Positions 18,706 through 27,788 of a DNA stretch of 64,000 nt are shown here, piece by piece (the stretch's first letter is position 1; every line of letters begins with the position of its first letter). The notes below the pieces were generated by a model. The model saw only the letters and a program-made list of their open reading frames with translations. It searched no databases and had not been told where the DNA came from. A program made the translations under genes and the position numbers. Source of the stretch: an uncultured Polyangiaceae bacterium. GTDB taxonomy: Bacteria > Myxococcota_A > Polyangia > Polyangiales > Houyiibacteriaceae. Where the stretch lies: assembly GCA_964195565.1 (NCBI GenBank), contig CAXMRN010000075.1:671-64670 (forward strand), written 5' to 3'.

Positions 18706-20216
18706 GTCGCCTCCATCAGCGGAAGCTCGATGCTGAACCTCGCACCGCCTTCGGGGGCCCGATCGAGTCTGACTTCCCCCCCGTGCTCCAAGACCACCTT
18801 CTTCACAATCGCCAGCCCCAATCCCGTGCCTTCCGCCTTGCTCGTGTAATACGGATCAAAGACGCGGTCCCAGTCCTCTTTGGGGATGCCGGGCCCGTTG
18901 TCCCGAACCTCGATGAACCCGGCGTTGTCCGTCCCGTACGCCCGCACGAACACGCGGCCACCGCCCGAAGGGTGCGCCTCGTAGACCGCCTGGATCGCGT
19001 TTCGCAATATGTTGTCCACGCCGCGCTTGAGCATCATGGGGTCCATACGCACGCGGATGGGTTCCGTTGCACAAGTCACCCGTACTTCCACGGGTGCGGA
19101 GGTGCCCCGGCCAACGTCCTCGAGGATGGCGGGGACCGAATCTTGGATGGTCTGCGAGAGGTCGCAGAGGTCGGAGGGCATCAGGTCAGCGCGCGGAAGT
19201 TTGGCGAATTCGCTGAATTCGCTGACGAGGCGACGCAGAGTCGCTACCTCTTCTTCGATGATGGCGCGCGCGTGTTTGAGTTTCTTTCGGTACGCCTCGT
19301 TTTCACCATCGTAGGTGTCGTCCATTTCTTGGGCCGCGAGTTGGATCGGCGTGAGCGGGTTCTTGATCTCGTGGGCCAGGCGTCGTGCGAAGTCCTGCCA
19401 AGCGCCAATACGCTGCAGGTACTCGATGCGAGTGCGCGAATCGCGCAGGTCGCGAACCATGTCGTTGAAGGCTTGGGTGAGTTCCGTCACCTCGTCCATC
19501 GCGCCCGTGGGGAGCGTCACTGTGAGGTCGCCGGAACCGACCTGGCGAGAGGCCTCGGCCAACGCGGTCACGCGACGGGTGACGCGGCGTGAGACAATTG
19601 CGCCGATCAGGAAGGCGACCACGATGACGAGAAACACCATGAATCCGAAGACCCATAGGTACACATCGGACACCGAGGCACTCTGGCGCTGCAGTCGTGA
19701 GTACACCTCCGCCACCTCGCCCGCCTCTTGCAGGCGCTCGAAATAGACCTCGGGAACTGCCACCTCGACGGCGATCCGCAGCTTCCGCGCGCCCGCTTCG
19801 ACCTCTCGGTCGCGAGTCGTGGTTCGCATGACGGCGCCGGTGGGCTCCGGCTCGCGGGACGCGCTGGCGACCTCCTGACCAACTTCGTCCTCGATTCGGA
19901 TACCGTGGACCATGTCGTATCTGTCGAGGAGATCGTCCAGCAGTGCGTCGAGCTTCGATGTGTGGCGGCTCTTGGTAAGCTCCGCCTCGACCGCCCATTC
20001 GACCGCGTCTGCCGCCTGCTCGGAGCCCGACCGGAGCGCCATCAACTGCCCGCGACGGGCTTCGACCCCGTGCACGAGCTCTGCGCCGAAGCGCTCGTTC
20101 ACGCCGACTTGATACACCTCACGCAAGGCGCCCCGGGCAAGGAAAATGCTGCCTCCGAGGGCGAGAAACACCGACAGGCCGATCGCGAATAGTATCTTTC
20201 GCTCAACACGGCTCAT
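18702..20216 (-). CDS. NtrY-like sensor histidine kinase (2 TM, periplasmic loop, HAMP, HisKA, HATPase); no cognate response regulator adjacent
   Basis: H-box 'AHEIKNPLTPIQL', N-box 'LRNAIQA', 'DNGPGIP', 'GTGLGLAIV', and HAMP 'VTRRVTALAEA...DEVTELTQAFNDM'. Confidence 0.85.
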   Translation of the reverse strand: MSRVERKILFAIGLSVFLALGGSIFLARGALREVYQVGVNERFGAELVHGVEARRGQLMALRSGSEQAADAVEWAVEAELTKSRHTSKLDALLDDLLDRYDMVHGIRIEDEVGQEVASASREPEPTGAVMRTTTRDREVEAGARKLRIAVEVAVPEVYFERLQEAGEVAEVYSRLQRQSASVSDVYLWVFGFMVFLVIVVAFLIGAIVSRRVTRRVTALAEASRQVGSGDLTVTLPTGAMDEVTELTQAFNDMVRDLRDSRTRIEYLQRIGAWQDFARRLAHEIKNPLTPIQLAAQEMDDTYDGENEAYRKKLKHARAIIEEEVATLRRLVSEFSEFAKLPRADLMPSDLCDLSQTIQDSVPAILEDVGRGTSAPVEVRVTCATEPIRVRMDPMMLKRGVDNILRNAIQAVYEAHPSGGGRVFVRAYGTDNAGFIEVRDNGPGIPKEDWDRVFDPYYTSKAEGTGLGLAIVKKVVLEHGGEVRLDRAPEGGARFSIELPLMEAT

Positions 20217-20806
20217 TCGGGCACCTTCAGGGCTTCGCTGCGGAACTCGACGGTACGGTCAGCGCGACATATCCGGCGCCGCACGATGTTGATGGTGATG
20301 GGGCCAACGGGATCATTTCCGGACGTCGGCCGTATCAATTCGCTACACTGCTTCTTCGAGATCGGGTTGAACTCCACCTTCACGACGAAGTACATCTCCC
20401 GCCCCTTCTGCGGCTCGTAGCTCTTCGGCTCGCCGGCAAACAGGCCCTGAACCGAGAGGCACCGATCGAGCACCTGCTCGAGCGTGTCGAGCCGTTCACT
20501 GCGGCTGCCGATGCGGACCAGATAGTCGTCGTCCCAGAGGTCGAGCGTCACGTCACAGCCGAACTGACGCACGGCCATCTGCCAGTTCGAGCTCTTGAGA
20601 TGCGAGCTCACCGTCACGACCAGACGCTTGCGCAGCCCGCTCGACAACTCTTGGCGGACGCGCGCGTCAGCGAGATCTTTCGCCGAGAAGGACACCTTCG
20701 GCGCGCCTCGCGACCACGTCACACCGAAGTCGCGCTGCGGAAGCTGTGACTGCGCGTAAGCGACCGTCGCGGTCAGCAAGACCAATGCTGCGAGCCAGAG
20801 TCTCAC
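20213..20806 (-). CDS. Secreted hypothetical protein (possibly DUF4390-like; from memory only)
   Basis: Signal peptide MRLWLAALVLLTATVAYAQ. ATGA overlaps on both sides. I recall DUF4390 proteins sitting upstream of NtrY-type kinases; this is unverified. Confidence 0.45.
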   Translation of the reverse strand: MRLWLAALVLLTATVAYAQSQLPQRDFGVTWSRGAPKVSFSAKDLADARVRQELSSGLRKRLVVTVSSHLKSSNWQMAVRQFGCDVTLDLWDDDYLVRIGSRSERLDTLEQVLDRCLSVQGLFAGEPKSYEPQKGREMYFVVKVEFNPISKKQCSELIRPTSGNDPVGPITINIVRRRICRADRTVEFRSEALKVPE

Positions 20807-22446
20807 AAGCGGGTGAACCCCAGAAGCGTGGAGAAACCCACTTGAAAAACTCCGACTCGTGTGTCGAAGCGGAAGCCAAAATCAAAGGTGAGATCCAGTG
20901 GAAAGCGGGAAAGCCCGCTGTATCCACTGACGCCTGCGCGCGGATCTCGCAGGTCGGCTAGGCCGTAAAGGCCAATCAAGGTGTAGAGATTGACCTCGCG
21001 TAACCCGCGGTCGCGCACGCGTTCGTAAACCGGAACGTTGTATCCAATGTCGATGCGCCACGCGAGCTCCCCGAGGTAGTTGTTCTCGATCGACGTGCCC
21101 AACAGATTGGGCGGTTGACGCGCATCGAGTTGCATCTCCAAGAACCGCGACGGAATGAGGTCGGTCAGGTCGGAGATGTGAAATAGGTAGAAGAAGGGCG
21201 TGCTGCCAAAGGCCGCACCCCCAAACGCGCCCAACCGGAAGGTGTGGTTCCAAGGCAAGCGCCACCACCTCCGCACCCACGCTTCGAGTTGGAGGAAGTC
21301 GTAGTCGCTCCCGAGCAGACGCGTACCCGCGGTGACGACCCCGCGGAAAAGCACGCCCTCCTTGGTGACGCCGGGGTCGTCTCGCTTGTCGAAAATCAAG
21401 GCGAACCGCAAAGACGAAACGAAGCTCCGGCCGTCTTGGATCGCGAAGTTGATCGGCGCGATGTCATTGCCTCTGCGCTCGCTCGCCGCCTCGGGGCGAT
21501 CGAGGACGCTGACGATGTCGCCAATCCAGTCGAGGCTGTACCGAAGCTTGGAGGTGAAGTCCTTCCCGGTGCCGATCATGAAGCCGCCGCGGCGATACCG
21601 AACCACCGCGTTCAGGACGGTTGAGGTCCCCGGGCAGGTCGGCTGCCCGCAAGGGACGCTCACCAAGGGGCTGTTCCCGTAGAACTCTCGTCCATTCAGG
21701 AAGAACGTTCCGAACCGGACGCCGTATTCACTCTTGATGAGCTTCGGATAACGGAGATCCAGCCTACCCCCTTGCTGAAACTCGCTCAGCAAGGCGGTGC
21801 CGGAGAGCCTGATGCCGAGGCCCGCAAGGTTGGTCTCGGTGATCTTGAAACCGAGCCAAGGAAAGAGCGTGCGCCCTCGGTCCGTGGTGCTTCTGACGCC
21901 CTCGGACAAGCCGGCGACCAGTTGCTCGATGACGACGGTGTTGCGCTCTTTGACCTCGACGACGAGCACGACGTATCCGCGTTCCGCGCCCCGCTCGAGT
22001 CGAATGTCGACGCTGTCGAACCACCCTGTGCCCATCAGTCGCCATTCGGTCGCGACCAACTCCGGCGACTCTGGGTCGAGAAAGTCCCCCTGCTTCAACG
22101 GGATGAACTTGCGAACTGTGTGTGCCTTGGTTCGCTTGTTCCCGACGACGACGATGCCCTCGAGCACATAGCGAACTTGTGCTGAGATCTGGTCGGCGCG
22201 ACGCCCCTCGCTCGCCACACCATACGGGTCACGGAACTCTTCTTCTTCAGCGTCGGTACCTTCGTCCTCGACGGGAACCGCAACCACGTCGCCAGGCTGG
22301 TACGGGCTCCCCTTGGGATCGGAATCCTGCGCGCTCGAACTCGAGATCGAGAACAGATGCAAAGGCAGATGCATCAGAGCCGAAAGGAAGATCAGACGTG
22401 CAAAGTGGCTCAGAAGCCGGCAACTCGGTCGCAAGCGCGGGCTCAC
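20803..22446 (-). CDS. Omp85/BamA-family outer-membrane beta-barrel with a single POTRA domain
   Basis: Signal peptide, acidic linker, one POTRA ('YVLEGIVVVGNKRTKAHTVRKFIPLKQGDFLD'), then a barrel of about 360 aa ending 'FQVGFSTLLGFTRL'. Confidence 0.75.
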   Translation of the reverse strand: MSPRLRPSCRLLSHFARLIFLSALMHLPLHLFSISSSSAQDSDPKGSPYQPGDVVAVPVEDEGTDAEEEEFRDPYGVASEGRRADQISAQVRYVLEGIVVVGNKRTKAHTVRKFIPLKQGDFLDPESPELVATEWRLMGTGWFDSVDIRLERGAERGYVVLVVEVKERNTVVIEQLVAGLSEGVRSTTDRGRTLFPWLGFKITETNLAGLGIRLSGTALLSEFQQGGRLDLRYPKLIKSEYGVRFGTFFLNGREFYGNSPLVSVPCGQPTCPGTSTVLNAVVRYRRGGFMIGTGKDFTSKLRYSLDWIGDIVSVLDRPEAASERRGNDIAPINFAIQDGRSFVSSLRFALIFDKRDDPGVTKEGVLFRGVVTAGTRLLGSDYDFLQLEAWVRRWWRLPWNHTFRLGAFGGAAFGSTPFFYLFHISDLTDLIPSRFLEMQLDARQPPNLLGTSIENNYLGELAWRIDIGYNVPVYERVRDRGLREVNLYTLIGLYGLADLRDPRAGVSGYSGLSRFPLDLTFDFGFRFDTRVGVFQVGFSTLLGFTRL

Positions 22447-22456
22447 GACGGCCAGA

Positions 22457-23371
22457 CTACTCCAGTGGCGGGAGCGCCGAAAGAAGCCAAAGGCACCCGG
22501 CCACCACTACGAACACCGCGCCCACCCATCCGAGGGTGCGCCAGAACCCGATCTGCCTTCCGTCGTCCTTCGACTGCACACCGGCAGTTGTAGCAGATTC
22601 ACTGGGGAAGGAGGGAGAATAGTCGACTGCGTGCCAGGACCCGGGCCTCTCGTCGCCATCGTCGTCGCCGGGCCTTCGGATGATGCGAATCGTGGCGTCT
22701 TCGTCCACGTCGTCTATGCGAGGGCGGAGCCCCGACACCGGCGTGGCGTCTGCACGGCCCAAGGCGGCGAGACCTTCCTCGAATGCCTGCAGAAGCGGGA
22801 GCTCGGTGGGGTTCTTCGGCGGCGCCTGGGATGCCTTGTCGCGAAGCGCGGGAGGGAGAGTCTCCCGAGGCGGCGGCACAGCGTCCACTCGAAACGTGCC
22901 TTCAGTCCATTCGAGCGCAATGACGAAGTCGGCAGCGGTCCCGCCGTCGATGCTCACGTCGCTGAGCTCGCCCTTCTCGTAGTAGCCGATCGCGAGCCGC
23001 CCGCGAAGCTCGAGCAGGAGCCTTCCCGTGAGCCCCGCGTTCTCGCAGTAGCGCATCAAGTCCGGGGGAGGATGCACCGCAAGCGACCCTCGTCGCGTCG
23101 TGTCCGTGCCCCGCGAGACCGGCAAGTGCGGGAGTCTTGGGTACACCGCGAACTCTCCGTCGCGAAGTGAAAGCAAGACCTCGAGCGCACGCTCTTCGTC
23201 GTCGGTTGTGGCCGCGTTCGCGACCTGCCCGTGCACGAGGCGGATCGAACCGGACCCCGCGGTGCTTTGGAACGCAAGCACGCCGGTGGTGCCCACTTCC
23301 TCGAGGCCACCGAGCACGGCGTCGACCCCCTCAGCGGGGATGGATCCTTCGAACACCGCCTGTGCAGACAT
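22457..23371 (-). CDS. DUF4388 (PATAN-like) repeat protein with a C-terminal TM anchor
   Basis: 'GSI..EGV..VL..L...G.TGVL.F' and a second 'TGRLLLELRGRLAIGYYEKGEL' unit. C-terminal hydrophobic helix 'LGWVGAVFVVVAGCLWLL'. Confidence 0.5.
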   Translation of the reverse strand: MSAQAVFEGSIPAEGVDAVLGGLEEVGTTGVLAFQSTAGSGSIRLVHGQVANAATTDDEERALEVLLSLRDGEFAVYPRLPHLPVSRGTDTTRRGSLAVHPPPDLMRYCENAGLTGRLLLELRGRLAIGYYEKGELSDVSIDGGTAADFVIALEWTEGTFRVDAVPPPRETLPPALRDKASQAPPKNPTELPLLQAFEEGLAALGRADATPVSGLRPRIDDVDEDATIRIIRRPGDDDGDERPGSWHAVDYSPSFPSESATTAGVQSKDDGRQIGFWRTLGWVGAVFVVVAGCLWLLSALPPLE

Positions 23372-23460
23372 GACTCAAGCAAGTGATTCCGTGGACCTGA
23401 GTTGTCAAGGCGTTTGCCGCCGCTGAGAGGTCGCTACGAGTTCCAGAATTTCCAGATATT

Positions 23461-24732
23461 CTAAGGAAAAATGCCGCGCTCTTCGTACGAGGTCGCAAGG
23501 CTCTCGAGCGCCAATGCGTAGGCCGCGATGCGCGGATTGACCTTCTTTTCTGCGGCGTAGAACATCGTTCGCTGGTAGGCGCGGCGCATCATGTGCAGAA
23601 GCCGGCGCTGCACTTCTTCAGCGTCCCAGTGCTCGCTGTTTCGATTCTGCACCCACTCATAATAGCTCACAGTCACGCCACCGGAGTTGGCCAAGACATC
23701 GGGAATGACGGGGATGCCGCGATCCGCGAGAACGGCTCCGCCCTCTGGGTTGATCGGCCCGTTCGCACCTTCGGCGATCAGTCGAACATCGAGCTTGCTC
23801 GCCTCTTCGGCGCCTACCTGGTTCTCGAGAGCGGCGGGGATGAACAGATCGGCCTTGGTCTCGAAGAAGTCGTCTCGCGTGATCTTCTCGCCTCGCGGGT
23901 AACCCTCGATCGATCCGTTGGCGCGTACGTAGTCTTGCAGTTTGTGCGCGTTGAAGCCTTCGTCGTTCCGGAGGTACCCCGTGTGGTCTCCGGTCGCGAT
24001 CGTAGACACCCCGAGCTTAGAGAGCAGAAGCGATGCGTGGGAGCCGACGTTGCCGTACCCTTGAACGATGGCGGTGGAGCCTTCGAGATCGAAGCGCGCT
24101 TCCCGCGCCCACTCCTTGATGCAGTGGACCACGCCTTGCCCCGTAGCCGCCTCTCGACCCTCGGAACCTCCTGAATTGATCGTCTTTCCCGTCACGACCG
24201 CGCGTTGATCGTTCTTTTCGTAGGTAGGCCCGGTGTTGATGTACGTGTCCATCATCCAAACCATCGTTTGGGCGCTGGTCCCCATGTCCGGCGCCGGAAT
24301 GTCGTGAGCAGGGCCGATGTTGCTGCCAAGCGCATGGGTGAACCGTCTGGTGATTCGCCGAAGTTCTTCGTGAGAATGCTCGCGGGGGTTGAACTTGATG
24401 CCGCCCTTGCCGCCGCCAAAGGGGACTCCAAGCAATGCACACTTCCAGGTCATCTGCGTCGCGAGCGCCTTGAGCTCGTCGAGGCTGACTTGCTGGTGAT
24501 ACCTCATCCCGCCCTTGTAGGGGCCCATCACGTTGTTGTGCTGAATCCGATATCCTTTGAACACTCGGGTCTCGCCGTTGTCCATTCGAACCGGGAAGTG
24601 CACGATCAGCTCGTTCTTGGGCTCGGCGAGGATTCGCCGCACGTGTTCGGGAAGGCCAACGAGATCGGCGGCCTCCTGCATGTAGCCTTGGACCACCTCG
24701 AAGAAACGGAACTCGTTTGCGCCGTCGGACAT
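23461..24732 (-). CDS. gdhA: Glutamate dehydrogenase
   Basis: 'GPYKGGMRYH', 'GVPFGGGKGG', and Rossmann 'VQGYGNVGS'. Confidence 0.95.
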   Translation of the reverse strand: MSDGANEFRFFEVVQGYMQEAADLVGLPEHVRRILAEPKNELIVHFPVRMDNGETRVFKGYRIQHNNVMGPYKGGMRYHQQVSLDELKALATQMTWKCALLGVPFGGGKGGIKFNPREHSHEELRRITRRFTHALGSNIGPAHDIPAPDMGTSAQTMVWMMDTYINTGPTYEKNDQRAVVTGKTINSGGSEGREAATGQGVVHCIKEWAREARFDLEGSTAIVQGYGNVGSHASLLLSKLGVSTIATGDHTGYLRNDEGFNAHKLQDYVRANGSIEGYPRGEKITRDDFFETKADLFIPAALENQVGAEEASKLDVRLIAEGANGPINPEGGAVLADRGIPVIPDVLANSGGVTVSYYEWVQNRNSEHWDAEEVQRRLLHMMRRAYQRTMFYAAEKKVNPRIAAYALALESLATSYEERGIFP

Positions 24733-24954
24733 CTGCGTATGATGCTACCCGAGCGCCGTTCGAGCACCAAGATCGGCGCAAATCCTGCGCATCGGAACTC
24801 ACAAACGAAAGAACCGCGCGCCGTATAGAAAAACGCTCTCAACAGAGATGAGAGCCTTGTTTTTCTGGTGTTTGCGGAGCTAGAGTCCCGTTGACCGGGC
24901 AGCAACTAAACGGGCTGCCGCTACCTTTGCTTCTGCAACAGCAAGGAGGATGCG

Positions 24955-26085
24955 ATGGACGAACCGGGAAACGACTTTCGTCGTGAGCTGCAAGCACGTG
25001 GCGTGTCACGTCGTGAGTTCATGGGCTTCTGTTCTGCGATGGCGGTGATGTTTGGTTTGCCGAAGGGCGCCACTGCGATGATCGCCGACGCGCTCGAGAA
25101 CAAACCGAAGCCCACATTGGTGTGGCTCAATTTCCAAGATTGCGCGGGTAACACCGAATCGTTCCTGCGCGCGAGCAAGCCTACCGCGGCCGAGGTGATC
25201 CTCGATCTGATCTCGATCGATTACCACGAAGTGATCATGGCGGCAGCCGGTCATCAAGCGGAAGAGAACCTTCAGTCGGTCATGGAGAACCAAAAGGGCG
25301 CGTACATCGCGGTCATCGAAGGTTCGATTCCGACCGGTGCGAACGGCGCGTACTGCACGGTGGGTGGCAAGTCGGCGTTGCACATCGCCAACGAAGTTTG
25401 CAGCAACGCGATGGCTACGGTCGCTGTTGGAACCTGCGCGTCGTTTGGCGGAATACCGGCGGCGTCACCCAACCCCACGGGCGCGCTTGGCGTGTCTGAC
25501 GCGGTCCCAGGAATCAAGACTCTGATCAATCTCTCGGCCTGTCCCGTGAACGCGCAGAACCTCACCGGTACGCTGGTGTACTTCCTGACCTACGGAAGGT
25601 TCCCCGCCCTCGACAGGCTGAATCGCCCGCTTTTTGCTTACGGAAAGTCGATTCACGACAACTGCGAGCGGCGCGCGCACTACGACGCCGGTCAGTACGT
25701 CGAGCAATGGGGCGACCAAGCACATCGCGAGGGTCAGTGCCTCTACAAGATGGGCTGCAAAGGCCCCGTGTCATTCCAGAACTGCCCCAACGTCGGTTGG
25801 AACGACAACACGAGTTGGCCGGTGGCTTGTGGCCACGGCTGCATCGGCTGCGCAGAGCCGGACTTCTGGGACAAGATGACTCCGTTCTACGACCACCTGC
25901 CCGGGTTCCCCGGCTTCGGAACAGGTTCAGACATCGACAAGGTTGGCTTCTGGGCGACCATCGGCGTCACCACTGCGTTTGCCACGCACACGTTGGTACA
26001 CCTCGGAAAGAAGCTCGTGGGAACGGGCGGTGATCATGCACCAGATGGGCCGCCCACGCGGACCGACGAAGGAGGCGAAGGATGA
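24955..26085 (+). CDS. hupS: [NiFe] uptake hydrogenase small subunit (Tat signal, C-terminal TM anchor)
   Basis: 'SRREFMGF' twin-arginine signal. FeS ligand motifs GTCASFGG, SACPVN, H..C, CLYKMGCKGP, CGHGCIGC. C-terminal helix 'FWATIGVTTAFATHTLV'. Confidence 0.95.
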   Translation: MDEPGNDFRRELQARGVSRREFMGFCSAMAVMFGLPKGATAMIADALENKPKPTLVWLNFQDCAGNTESFLRASKPTAAEVILDLISIDYHEVIMAAAGHQAEENLQSVMENQKGAYIAVIEGSIPTGANGAYCTVGGKSALHIANEVCSNAMATVAVGTCASFGGIPAASPNPTGALGVSDAVPGIKTLINLSACPVNAQNLTGTLVYFLTYGRFPALDRLNRPLFAYGKSIHDNCERRAHYDAGQYVEQWGDQAHREGQCLYKMGCKGPVSFQNCPNVGWNDNTSWPVACGHGCIGCAEPDFWDKMTPFYDHLPGFPGFGTGSDIDKVGFWATIGVTTAFATHTLVHLGKKLVGTGGDHAPDGPPTRTDEGGEG

Positions 26086-27788
26086 CCCATATCGTTGTCG
26101 ACCCGGTAACCCGCATCGAAGGCCACTTGCGCATCGAGGCGGAAGTCGAAGGAGGCCAAGTCGCAAACGCTTGGTCCTCCTCGACGATGTTTCGCGGAAT
26201 CGAGATCATCCTCCAAGGTCGCGACCCGCGTGATGCGTGGGCGTTCGCTCAGCGAATCTGCGGTGTGTGCACGACGGTGCACGCCATCGCCTCGATTCGT
26301 GCGGTGGAAGACGCGATCGGCGCGAAGCCGCCACCCAATGCGCGAATCCTTCGCAATCTGATCATCGCATCGCAGTGCATCCAGGATCACGTGATCCATT
26401 TCTATCATCTGCATGCGCTCGACTGGGTCGACATCGTTTCGGCACTCGACGCCGATCCGAAAGAAACCGCGACGCTAGCGCAATCGATTTCGGATTGGCC
26501 GAAATCGAGCGCGACCTACTTCAAGACGATCCAGGACCGCGTCAAAGGGCTGGTCGACCGCGGCCAACTTGGCCCGTTTGCCAACGCCTACTGGGGTCAT
26601 CCTGCGTACAAGCTTCCACCGGCCGCGAATCTCATGGCGGTGGCGCACTACCTCGAGGCGCTCGATTGGCAGCGTGAGTTCATCAAGATGCACGCCATCC
26701 TCGGCGGCAAGAACCCGCATCTGCAGAGCTTCCTCGTCGGCGGCATGGCCACCCCGGTCGACCTCGACCAGCAGGCCTCGCTCAACATCAACACGATCGC
26801 GCAGTTCAAGGAGCTCATCAAGGGCGCGCAGCAGTTCGTCAGCCAGGTATACATTCCGGACCTGCTCGCGGTGGCTTCGTTCTACAAGGACTGGGCGGGG
26901 TACGGTGCGGGCGTCGGCAACTATATGGTGTACGGCGAGTACCCGCTCGACGACGAGGCGAATCCGGAACTCTTCATCAAGCCGGGCATCATCCGTGCCC
27001 GCGATATCTCGAAGATCGAAGAGTTCGACCCTTCGAAGATCACAGAGCAGATCACGCACTCCTGGTACAACTACGAAGGCGGAGAAGACAAAGCGCTTCA
27101 TCCGTCCGAGGGTGAAACCAACCCGAACTACACCGGCCCCGAACCACCGTTCGAACGACTCAACACCTCGGAGAAGTACTCCTGGCTAAAGTCGCCCCGA
27201 TACGACGGCGTCCCGATGGAGGTTGGACCACTGGCGCGGATGTTGGTCTCTTACGTTCAGGGTCAGGAACAGGTCAAAGGCTTGGTAGACCACGTGCTCA
27301 ACACGCTGGGGGTCGGGCCCGAAGCCTTGTTCTCGACGCTGGGTCGCGTGGCAGCACGTGGGATCGAAACGCAAGTGCTGGTCGACAAGATCGGTGATTG
27401 GGTGGACGAACTTGCGGACAACATGGGCAAAGGCGAGCTTCGAATCCACGACAACAGCAAGTGGGAGCCTGAAAGCTGGCCCGCTGACGCGATGGGAGCG
27501 GGCTTCCACGAGGCTCCGCGAGGCTCGCTCGGACACTGGGTCCACGTCAAAGACGCCAAAATCGCTCGGTACCAATGCGTCGTTCCAAGCACATGGAACG
27601 CCGGTCCGCGAGATTCGGGTGGCGTTCCTGGACCATACGAAGCGGCGCTGGTGGGCACGCCGGTAGCCGATCCAGAGCAACCAATCGAAATACTGAGAAC
27701 GGTTCACTCCTTCGATCCGTGCATGGCTTGCGGTGTGCACGTCGTCGAACCTGGAGGGCGCGAGATCACTCGCGTCAAAGTGCGATGA
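26082..27788 (+). CDS. hupL: [NiFe] hydrogenase large subunit
   Basis: L1 'RICGVCTTVH' and L2 'SFDPCMACGVH', followed by a 15-aa C-terminal extension. ATGA overlap with hupS. Confidence 0.95.
   Translation: MTHIVVDPVTRIEGHLRIEAEVEGGQVANAWSSSTMFRGIEIILQGRDPRDAWAFAQRICGVCTTVHAIASIRAVEDAIGAKPPPNARILRNLIIASQCIQDHVIHFYHLHALDWVDIVSALDADPKETATLAQSISDWPKSSATYFKTIQDRVKGLVDRGQLGPFANAYWGHPAYKLPPAANLMAVAHYLEALDWQREFIKMHAILGGKNPHLQSFLVGGMATPVDLDQQASLNINTIAQFKELIKGAQQFVSQVYIPDLLAVASFYKDWAGYGAGVGNYMVYGEYPLDDEANPELFIKPGIIRARDISKIEEFDPSKITEQITHSWYNYEGGEDKALHPSEGETNPNYTGPEPPFERLNTSEKYSWLKSPRYDGVPMEVGPLARMLVSYVQGQEQVKGLVDHVLNTLGVGPEALFSTLGRVAARGIETQVLVDKIGDWVDELADNMGKGELRIHDNSKWEPESWPADAMGAGFHEAPRGSLGHWVHVKDAKIARYQCVVPSTWNAGPRDSGGVPGPYEAALVGTPVADPEQPIEILRTVHSFDPCMACGVHVVEPGGREITRVKVR

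Noticed and set aside
24733-24954. Sigma54 (-24/-12) promoter upstream of hupS
   Set aside because: The candidate GG...GC pairs (ctggtgtttgc, gggctgccgctacctttgc) have the wrong spacing relative to TGGCAC-N5-TTGC.
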